64,000 bases of DNA from the NCBI GenBank assembly GCA_963796585.1, contig CAWCMB010000007.1, forward strand, positions 51,787-115,786, in the 5' to 3' direction. A model generated the notes under the pieces. The model was given only the letters and a program-made list of their open reading frames with translations. It was not told the DNA's origin and searched no databases. This DNA comes from an uncultured Acidobacteriaceae bacterium. Lineage in GTDB: Bacteria; Acidobacteriota; Terriglobia; Terriglobales; Acidobacteriaceae. Below are positions 27,979 through 35,283 of this stretch, piece by piece. The translations under genes and the position numbers were made by a program. Position 1 is the first letter of the stretch; every line of letters starts with the position of its first letter.

Positions 27979-29160
27979 ATGCGCAGGGTGTATCTCGACA
28001 ATAACGCTACCAGCCCGCTTCTGCCTGAGGTGTTTGAGGCGATGCGTCCCTACTTCTTTGAGGGATTCGGGAACGCCTCGTCCATCCATCAGCAGGGGCA
28101 GCAGGCACGGGCAGCGGTCGAGCGCGCGCGTGAGCAAGTCGCCGAATTACTGAACTGTCGCGCAGCCGAGGTGGTCTTTACCAGCGGAGGCACCGAAGGC
28201 GACAACCTGGCCCTGTTCGGATTGGTGAAGCCCGGCGACCACGTAATCACGTCGGCGGTCGAGCATCACGCGATCCTGAACAGCTGTAAGCGGCTGGAAG
28301 AGATGGGCTGCAACGTTACGTATTTGCCCGTAGACGCGCAGGCGTTGGTCGATCCGGATGACGTTCGTCGCGCCATCCGGCCCGAGACGAAGCTTATCAG
28401 CATCATCTTCGCCAACAACGAAACCGGTGTGCTGCAGCCGCTGAGTGAGATCGGCAGGATCGCCACCGAGGCCGATGTTTACTTTCATACGGACGCGGTG
28501 CAGGCAGCAGGGAAGATCCCGCTGGATGTGAAAGAGATTGGCTGCGACCTGCTGACCATCACCGGCCACAAGATGCACGGGCCGCAAGGCGCAGGTGCGC
28601 TCTACGTAAGGAAGGGAACTCTGTTGCAGCCGCTGTTCTACGGTGGCCGCCACGAGCGTTCACGCCGCGCAGGCACGGAAAACCTTCCCGGAATCGTTGG
28701 TCTCGGCAAGGCTGCGGAAATTGCTCGCGCCGGATTCGTCGACGGCTCTGTGGAGAAGATGGCAGCACTGCGCGATCGCCTGGAGCAGGCGCTTCTCGAT
28801 CGCGTCGATCAGGCTGGGGTGAACAGTGCTGGTGCGCCGCGGGTTCCGAATACGACGAACATTCACTTCGACTGCATCGAAGGCGAGGCGATGGTGATCG
28901 CGCTCGATCTGAAAGGATTATCGGTTTCGACGGGTGCTGCGTGTTCTTCCGGAGCGATTGAGCCTTCGCACGTGCTGGTGGCGATGGGGCTTTCGGCGGA
29001 TCGCGCGCGAGCCAGCCTGCGATTCAGCCTGGGCAAGCAGAACACGGCAGAAGACATCGATTTCGCAATTGAGTTGGTGCCGGAAGTTGTGGCGCGGCTA
29101 AGGGAACTGAGCCCGATGTATAAGAAAGCTGTCAGCTCTCAGCCGTCAGCTCTCAGCTAG
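27979..29160 (+). CDS. cysteine desulfurase (NifS/IscS class I)
   Basis: ...VYLDNNATSP..., the PLP lysine in ITGHKMHGPQG and the catalytic Cys in SVSTGAACSSG. The last 11 codons are encoded by a heptad array. Confidence 0.9.
   Translation: MRRVYLDNNATSPLLPEVFEAMRPYFFEGFGNASSIHQQGQQARAAVERAREQVAELLNCRAAEVVFTSGGTEGDNLALFGLVKPGDHVITSAVEHHAILNSCKRLEEMGCNVTYLPVDAQALVDPDDVRRAIRPETKLISIIFANNETGVLQPLSEIGRIATEADVYFHTDAVQAAGKIPLDVKEIGCDLLTITGHKMHGPQGAGALYVRKGTLLQPLFYGGRHERSRRAGTENLPGIVGLGKAAEIARAGFVDGSVEKMAALRDRLEQALLDRVDQAGVNSAGAPRVPNTTNIHFDCIEGEAMVIALDLKGLSVSTGAACSSGAIEPSHVLVAMGLSADRARASLRFSLGKQNTAEDIDFAIELVPEVVARLRELSPMYKKAVSSQPSALS
29128..29160 (+). repeat. heptad array GCTGTCA GCTCTCA GCCGTCA GCTCTCA GCTAG
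   Basis: Strict 7-nt periodicity. It forms the C-terminal AVSSQPSALS and the stop of the cysteine desulfurase. Confidence 0.8.
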
Positions 29161-29169
29161 GAAAGGCTC

Positions 29170-29790
29170 GAATCGTGACGCTTCGAGTCAGGGCACGTCT
29201 TCAGACGTGCCGAATAATGGCTTGATGAAGAAGGCTCTAGCCTCCGAAAGGTGCGTGTCGTAGAACGCAGTAGCACCGAATAGAAACATGATCCGGCCCG
29301 ATGCATGGAGGCTGGTATTGCGAGATCGGTGATATGCCTGATAGCCCGCGCCGTAGGCGCAACAGAGGTTAGCCAGGCGTTTCAACGCCGGGTAAACTGG
29401 GAAAAGAGTTAGAGTCCCGTAGGGACGACAGATGGCGTGCCTCCGACACTCTCATGATCTTTCACAGATACCCAGCGCTGAAAAGGCTGTTACGAAACTC
29501 GCGATTGAGCCGCGAGGTTGGGACAAACCATACGTCCGTCCCGCAAGGGACAGCACAAGATAGCCCAGCCATTCATGGCTGGGAAGACGTAAGTGGGAAT
29601 CCCGAGTCCGCTTCAGCGGACGACACATGTTTCGTAACGGCCTCTGAAGCGCTGGGCTGAGATATGCTGTCCCGCGAAGCGGGACGAGAGAAAAGCAGGT
29701 TCCTCGCGGACTGAAGTCCGCTCGGAATGACAAAAACAAATAGAACTGTTTCGGCACGATCCAGGTCGTGCCCTGACGCGAATGTTCTCA
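29170..29790. repeat. cluster of modular palindromic REP/MITE-like units
   Basis: There are many short hairpins, such as ggcacgtcttcagacgtgcc, cccagccattcatggctggg and gtccgcttcagcggac. The cluster includes the 154-nt unit at 29487-29640, itself bracketed by cccagcgct/agcgctggg. Confidence 0.7.
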
Positions 29791-29793
29791 TGA

Positions 29794-29813
29794 CTAATTG
29801 CTAATTGCTAATG
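29794..29813 (+). repeat. heptad array CTAATTG CTAATTG CTAATG
   Basis: Reverse complement of the array at 5257-5277. The mnmA ATG (29811) lies inside the last unit. Confidence 0.8.
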
Positions 29814-30923
29814 ACTTCTTCCAAGACCATCGCCGTAGCCATGTCGGGCGGAGTGGATTCGTCCACCGTCGCGGCGCTGCTGTGTGAGCAGGGCTACACC
29901 GTCATTGGTCTCACACTCCAGCTGTGGAATCAGCGGCGTCTTGCAGGACATGAGGGCATGCCCGAAGCAGTCACTGGCCGCTGCTGTTCGCTGGACGACG
30001 TTTACGATGCGCGACGAGTGGCGGAGACGCTTGGCATTCCGTACTACGTCGTCAATCAGGAGTCCCGCTTTGAAGAGGACGTGGTGCGCCCGTTCGTCGA
30101 GGAGTATCTGTCGGGACGTACGCCGATCCCCTGCAGCTTGTGTAACAACCATCTCAAGTTCGACCAGTTGCTGATCACCGCGCGTCAGATTGGCGCCGAG
30201 ATGCTTGCCACCGGCCATTACGCCCGCAATGAATTCGACGAGCATTCGGGTCGCTGGCTGCTCAAGCGTCCCGCTGATCGCTCCAAGGACCAGACCTATT
30301 TCCTCTTCGGCCTGACTCAGGAACAGTTGAGCCGCACACTGTTTCCGCTGGGAGAGATGCGCAAGCCTGAGGTGAGGGAAGAGGCGAAGCGTGTCGGTCT
30401 GCGTGTCTTCGAGAAGCAGGATTCGCAGGAGATCTGCTTCGTGCCCGGTGGCGACTACAAGAAGTTCCTTGATGCGTACCTGGCCGAGCAGGGAGATGAA
30501 ATCCCCGACACCTCCGGCGAGTTGGTAACGACCACGGGCGAAGTCATCGGCACTCACTCCGGCATCCATAACTTCACCGTTGGTCAGCGCAAGGGACTGG
30601 GTGTTGCCACCGGTTCGCCCGTCTATGTCTTGGAGATTCGCGGCGACAAGCGGCAGGTGGTTGTGGGTGGCGGCGACGAGTTGTACTCGCGTACCCTCAT
30701 CGCCAAGCGTGCGAATTGGATCGCCATCGACGATCTTCGCGAGCCCTTACGAGTCCAGGCCAAGATTCGCCATCGCCACGAGCCCGCTGATGCTGTCGTC
30801 GAAAAGCTTCCCGACGGAGACGTTCGGGTGACCTTCGATGAGCCACAGCGCGCCATCACGCCGGGACAGGCGGTCGTTTTCTACGACAGCGACGTTGTCG
30901 TCGGCGGCGCCTGGATTGCCTGA
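29811..30923 (+). CDS. mnmA: tRNA 2-thiouridine(34) synthase
   Basis: PP-loop VAMSGGVDSS, ...CNNHLKFD..., ...DQTYFL... and ...EICF.... Confidence 0.92.
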   Translation: MTSSKTIAVAMSGGVDSSTVAALLCEQGYTVIGLTLQLWNQRRLAGHEGMPEAVTGRCCSLDDVYDARRVAETLGIPYYVVNQESRFEEDVVRPFVEEYLSGRTPIPCSLCNNHLKFDQLLITARQIGAEMLATGHYARNEFDEHSGRWLLKRPADRSKDQTYFLFGLTQEQLSRTLFPLGEMRKPEVREEAKRVGLRVFEKQDSQEICFVPGGDYKKFLDAYLAEQGDEIPDTSGELVTTTGEVIGTHSGIHNFTVGQRKGLGVATGSPVYVLEIRGDKRQVVVGGGDELYSRTLIAKRANWIAIDDLREPLRVQAKIRHRHEPADAVVEKLPDGDVRVTFDEPQRAITPGQAVVFYDSDVVVGGAWIA

Positions 30924-30998
30924 TCACAGGCAACTCGCCTGCGCCCTGAGCTTGTGCGGGGATGCCTGATACAACCCCCTCGTTCCTGTGCAAGGGTT

Positions 30999-31309
30999 GT
31001 CATCCTGAGACGTAGGCGAAGGATCTGCATTTTGCTCGTGCAGGCAGGGACTGGTGGCGCGACGGAACTACAGATCCCTCAGGGACTGACGTCCCATCGG
31101 GATGACACGCTCTTCGGGATGACAGACGTCGTTCAGGGCTTTCGCCGGGTAAAACATTTCACGAGTGTCATCCTGAGACGTAGGCGAAGGATCTGCATTT
31201 TGCTCGTGCAGGCAGAACTGGTGGCGCGACGGAACTGCAGATCCCTCAGGGACTGACGTCCCATCGGGATGACACGCTCTTCAGGATGACACACTCTTCG
31301 GGATGACAC
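30999..31309 (+). repeat. two copies of composite palindromic repeat (GTCATCCTGAG..GGATCTGCA..TGCAGATCC..GGGATGAC)
   Basis: The copies lie at 30999-31124 and 31167-31309 and are more than 90% identical by eye. Confidence 0.8.
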
Positions 31310-31858
31310 TGGATAGCACTAAAGTAATCCACCTTGGTTCGAGATTTGTCCCAACAACCGTGACGGCCGTCACTTACCAGGTTGCGCGATTTGTTTACTC
31401 TATGTCTGCGACGATTTAGGCGTACAGCAGTTGGCGACGTGTGCGGCTCAATCCTAGGTAAATGGAGCCGACTGGGAAGTGTCGGGACGCCATGCAAGCG
31501 ATCCGGGCACCAGTACCAGATACGCCAATGTTCCAGACTCAACTTACCGACCTAATGACATTTCGCACCAGGAGCGCGCTCCATCTATTGATCACGTAGG
31601 AAGCAAACCTAAGCGGCAGAAGAAGTAACACTCAATCGCGCAACAAATCGAAGCAATAGGCGGTTAGAGAAGCGAAGCGAAGATAGAACATCAGGCTGCC
31701 AGGAATCTATAAGCAGTAGCGGCTGGCATCCGCCTGGGATCACTTGCCGGTCAGGGTGGGCGGCCGATCCCTGCTTTCAACTACGATCATTCGCACCGGC
31801 GCGAGCCGCCGCAGGCGCGCTTCACCGTTTGCCTGTCTTCGAGGCAGATGCTGCGCCG

Positions 31859-32368
31859 CTAAATAAACATCTCGTCGTTTTGTCTGCCGTTTCGGGGCTG
31901 CCGCGATTTCTGGAACAGCGTCTCCAGTCCTACGCCGATGCCCTGTAGAACCCCGTTCAAGTGCCGAAGCGGTGACATCACGGTGTTCTCGACCTTCGTG
32001 CTGGCGCCTTCCACTCGGTCGAAGGTTCGGGTCAGCATCTCGTCGGCGCGAATGGCCTGAAGCCGCGCATGGTCCATGAAGCCGGTAAGCGTTGCGTCTA
32101 TCTTCTGGGTCTGCTCGCGTGCCGTGGTGCTAATAGCCGACGCGTTATCCAGAATGACGTCCACCTTGGGGCGGGCCGTCTCGAGCAGAGTCTGTACGTT
32201 GGCCGCGAGTTTCTTGGAATCCTCAATCAAAGGCATCGCCTGCGACTGCAGATCGTGCACGCGAGCGGCGAGCCGCCACATGATAGCGGCGATAATCGCC
32301 AGAATCAGCATTTGAGTGACTACAGCGGCCGCTGTAACGGCGATGAAAATGGTCAGCTTGTCGTCCAT
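31859..32368 (-). CDS. membrane-anchored coiled-coil protein (DUF948-like)
   Basis: An N-terminal TM helix is followed by a helical region. It is paired with a YtxH-like gene, as in Bacillus ytxGH. Confidence 0.45.
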   Translation of the reverse strand: MDDKLTIFIAVTAAAVVTQMLILAIIAAIMWRLAARVHDLQSQAMPLIEDSKKLAANVQTLLETARPKVDVILDNASAISTTAREQTQKIDATLTGFMDHARLQAIRADEMLTRTFDRVEGASTKVENTVMSPLRHLNGVLQGIGVGLETLFQKSRQPRNGRQNDEMFI

Positions 32369-32422
32369 ATTGGCTCCTTAGGCGGAGTTCAGCGACCGCT
32401 TAAACCACTGTAAGCTTTCGGA

Positions 32423-32734
32423 CTATTGGCCAGACGAGGTCTCCGGCTTCTCCGTCGTAGCCTCTCGGTACGCCTGCTTCCCGGCATCGACTGCCGAGCG
32501 GAACTGATCCTTCTGCTGGGAGACGTAGTCGCGGCCACGATCGACCCAGGTTCCGGCCTGATCACGCGCCTGACGTGCGCGATCTTTGACCGCATCCCGG
32601 CCCTGCTCGGCCGCGTCACGAAGCTTCTGCCGGGTTTCGTCTCCCCTGGTCGGGGCATAGAGAATGCCGACTGCTGCGCCAATACCCAGTCCTGCCAGAA
32701 ACCACAAGAAACCGCTGCCATCGTTCTCAGCCAT
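32423..32734 (-). CDS. YtxH-like general stress protein
   Basis: FLWFLAGLGIGAAVGILYAPTRGDETRQKL... is the typical YtxH N-terminus. Confidence 0.7.
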   Translation of the reverse strand: MAENDGSGFLWFLAGLGIGAAVGILYAPTRGDETRQKLRDAAEQGRDAVKDRARQARDQAGTWVDRGRDYVSQQKDQFRSAVDAGKQAYREATTEKPETSSGQ

Positions 32735-32820
32735 GATTGCCTCCGTGCGTGAACTTTGACGAAGTCGGATGTTAGCACCCGGTTTCCAGAATTACAAACG
32801 GCGGGAGCTGCGAGCCGGCC

Positions 32821-32837
32821 TGGCATCAGGCTTGCAT
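32821..32837 (+). promoter_or_regulatory. candidate sigma-54 promoter
   Basis: TGGCATcaggcTTGCAt is a near-perfect match to TGGCAC-N5-TTGCW. It lies about 120 nt upstream of carD. Confidence 0.4.
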
Positions 32838-32856
32838 TTGGCGCAAAATGACGACA

Positions 32857-32885
32857 TTGACCGCCTCCTCACAGAAGGTTATACT
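32857..32885 (+). promoter_or_regulatory. candidate sigma-70 promoter
   Basis: TTGACC, a 17-nt spacer, then TATACT, about 70 nt upstream of the carD ATG. Confidence 0.45.
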
Positions 32886-32955
32886 TACCACATAAGTTGT
32901 ACGAGTTTTTGCCCTTCATACCGACCTGGTTTGACCGCGTTGCGCGGTGGCCCTC

Positions 32956-33486
32956 ATGAATAATCAGAGCTTCAGTATCGGAGACAAGGTCGTCTACCCT
33001 AACCATGGGGTCGGCGTAATCGAACAAATCAGCAGCCGGACAATCGGCACTCAAATCGAACGCTTCTATCTCCTGAAAATCAAAGCCAGCAGTCTGAAAG
33101 TGATGGTTCCTTTCCACAACGTGGGAAGTGTCGGTCTTCGCAGGGTAGTTCGCAACGGGGAAGTGCAGAAGGTGCTCGATTTTCTGATGGATGGCGAAAT
33201 CGAGAACAATGCTGACTGGAAGTACAGGTTCAAGGAAAATTCCGACAAGATGCGGACGGGCTCGCTTCTCGACGTGGCGGTGGTTCTGAAAGGGCTGCTT
33301 TTGCTGGCCCGGACCAAACCGCTAAGTTTTCGCGAGAAGAAGATGCTGGAGCGTGCCCGCTATCTGCTGGTCAGTGAACTGGCGATGGCACGCAATTGCG
33401 AAGAGCCGGACATAGAAGACCTGCTGAACCGGGCGCTCTCGAAATGCAAGCTGCGCTTCCCGGAAGCTTCGATGGTCGAGTCTTAG
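32956..33486 (+). CDS. carD: CarD/CdnL family RNA-polymerase-binding transcription regulator
   Basis: FSIGDKVVYPNHGVGVIEQI......YLLKI......VMVP is the CarD_TRCF RID domain, followed by a helical C-terminal domain. Confidence 0.85.
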   Translation: MNNQSFSIGDKVVYPNHGVGVIEQISSRTIGTQIERFYLLKIKASSLKVMVPFHNVGSVGLRRVVRNGEVQKVLDFLMDGEIENNADWKYRFKENSDKMRTGSLLDVAVVLKGLLLLARTKPLSFREKKMLERARYLLVSELAMARNCEEPDIEDLLNRALSKCKLRFPEASMVES

Positions 33487-33584
33487 ACCTTTCCTCACCG
33501 CCTCCGCATCAGGTCGCAAGCTAGAGACGGACGCGAGTCTCGCGCCCGTCATCAGTTCTCTACGAAGTTTCCAAACTTATTGAC

Positions 33585-34364
33585 CTACGCCACCCTGTCT
33601 TTCTTCACGTCACAGCTGCGACAGCTGGAAGTGATGTCCACGCGATTGCGACGCAGGTGATCTTCGAAAGCGGAGAGCCGGCGATTGCTGTCGTACCGTT
33701 GGCCCGTGGATCCCGTCACAGGCCGCCGATCCAGCGCCTCTTCCTCCAGCCGAGTCGGCATTTCTTCGGGGACCGACTGGCCTACTACGGCTGAATCCTC
33801 GGCCCGCGCCGCAATCCCCGATGGGCGCAGACGATTTCTGCTTGAGTTGGGAGTGGGGTCGTTAAATATGCCTGCGATGCGGTCCGGTTCCAAGCTCTCC
33901 TCATCGGCCAAGGGCTCCCCGGTCGCCGGCAACTCGCTGGGATCGGGAGTGATGGCGTGCGTGCTTCCTTCGCGGTGCATCACGTCGCCGGTGGTCTCCA
34001 GCGACTTGCGATACCGGTTATCGTACTCGGACCATTCGCCTTCGTTCTGGTCTGCGTCGTTCTTGAAACGGTCTTCGTCGTACCGCGGTAGCGCCTCGAT
34101 CTGCTTCTTCGTCATGTCGGCGTAGAAGTCTTCCTGGTGTTTGGCATAAGGACGAATGCGGTCGGCGGGTACGAGAAACTTCTTGCTACTGAGCCAGCCG
34201 CCGGAATCGACCACGGCATAGCGAATGTTGCCGCTGCCGTGATCGAAGATCACGTCATCGATCTTGCCTAGTTTTTCGTCGTCGATTCCATAAAGCGATG
34301 AGCCACGTATATCGTCAACGTCGTTGCTGAAGCGGTAGTCGCGCAGCATTCCGTAATGCGCCAT
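33585..34364 (-). CDS. PRC-barrel domain protein
   Basis: ...IRGSSLYGIDDEKLGKIDDVIFDHGSGNIRYAVVDSGGWLSSKKFLVPADRI..., with an acidic, low-complexity C-terminal half. Confidence 0.6.
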   Translation of the reverse strand: MAHYGMLRDYRFSNDVDDIRGSSLYGIDDEKLGKIDDVIFDHGSGNIRYAVVDSGGWLSSKKFLVPADRIRPYAKHQEDFYADMTKKQIEALPRYDEDRFKNDADQNEGEWSEYDNRYRKSLETTGDVMHREGSTHAITPDPSELPATGEPLADEESLEPDRIAGIFNDPTPNSSRNRLRPSGIAARAEDSAVVGQSVPEEMPTRLEEEALDRRPVTGSTGQRYDSNRRLSAFEDHLRRNRVDITSSCRSCDVKKDRVA

Positions 34365-34437
34365 AGAACACTCCTATTCGGTGGGGTTCGGTTACCGTCA
34401 TTCAGATGCAGAAGGCCGGCAGAAATGCCGTCTCGTA

Positions 34438-34926
34438 TCAGCCGAGTTTCAGAAAGGCTTGCTTCAGGCGGGAATAGGTTTCAGGCAGCAACTCAGGCAA
34501 CACGCGCGTCTCGCCTACTACGGTCATGAAATTGGCGTCCGCGACCCAGCGTGGCAGCACGTGCATGTGGATATGCCCGGCCACTCCGGCGCCGGCGGCC
34601 TTGCCAATGTTCATACCCAAATTGACCCCGTCGGGACGGTAGACCTCGAACATAATTCTCTCGAGCCGTTGCGTGAGCTCCGTCATTTCGCAGAGCGATT
34701 CCGCGGGCAGCTTACTGATCCGGTCAAGGTGCTGATAGGGAACAACCATGGAGTGTCCCGAGGTGTAAGGGAAGGCGTTGAGCACGACAAAATTGTGCCG
34801 TCCGCGATGCACGATGAGTGCTCGCTCATCGTCACCCATGGCCTGAAGATGGCAGAAAACGCAGTCTGGGGCCTGGTCGGCGGTGCTGACGTACGCGTAG
34901 CGCCACGGGGTCCAGAGGTAGTCCAC
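34438..34926 (-). CDS. HIT (histidine triad) family hydrolase
   Basis: HIHMHVLPRW histidine triad, plus CVFC near the N-terminus. Confidence 0.85.
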   Translation of the reverse strand: MDYLWTPWRYAYVSTADQAPDCVFCHLQAMGDDERALIVHRGRHNFVVLNAFPYTSGHSMVVPYQHLDRISKLPAESLCEMTELTQRLERIMFEVYRPDGVNLGMNIGKAAGAGVAGHIHMHVLPRWVADANFMTVVGETRVLPELLPETYSRLKQAFLKLG

Positions 34927-35091
34927 AACGGCAGAGTATCAGACGGCCATTTCCATTCGTGCCGGGGTGAGCCGGTGATGACGGATTGCGGAGCCCGATG
35001 CCCAGTCCCCCCAGGTTTGCACGCCAGATTAAAGGTGCATAAAAATTCAGATTAGGCCGCAGAAATGCGCGCCTATGTTGAGGTTACAGGT

Positions 35092-35120
35092 TTGACACTG
35101 CTAAGGACGGTTGTTATAGT
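35092..35120 (+). promoter_or_regulatory. candidate sigma-70 promoter for rpsA
   Basis: TTGACA, a 17-nt spacer, then TATAGT. Confidence 0.5.
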
Positions 35121-35283
35121 CGAAACATCCTTGGCAAGCGGGGCCCGCTCCAATGGATCCGGCCGCTGGGTTGTCCAAACCTGCAGAAGCGGGAAATCAT
35201 CCAAGAAGACTCAAGCCAGCAGTCCGTTTTGAATCCCGGCTCCCTATCGTTACTCAAATAGCGGTAGCTCAAGTACTCAACCC

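Noticed and set aside
27808-28137. 109-aa ORF treated as an intact gene
   Set aside because: Only its last ~38 residues resemble a transposase tail. The rest overlaps the start of the cysteine desulfurase on the other strand. It was re-interpreted as the pseudogene remnant at 27703-27924.
31330-31858. tmRNA, RNase P RNA, SRP RNA or 6S RNA in the unexplained gap
   Set aside because: The hallmark strings I know were not seen on either strand: the tRNA-like TTCGA T-loop end of tmRNA, GAGGAAAGTCC of RNase P and GGAAGCAGCC of SRP. A covariance-model scan is still needed.
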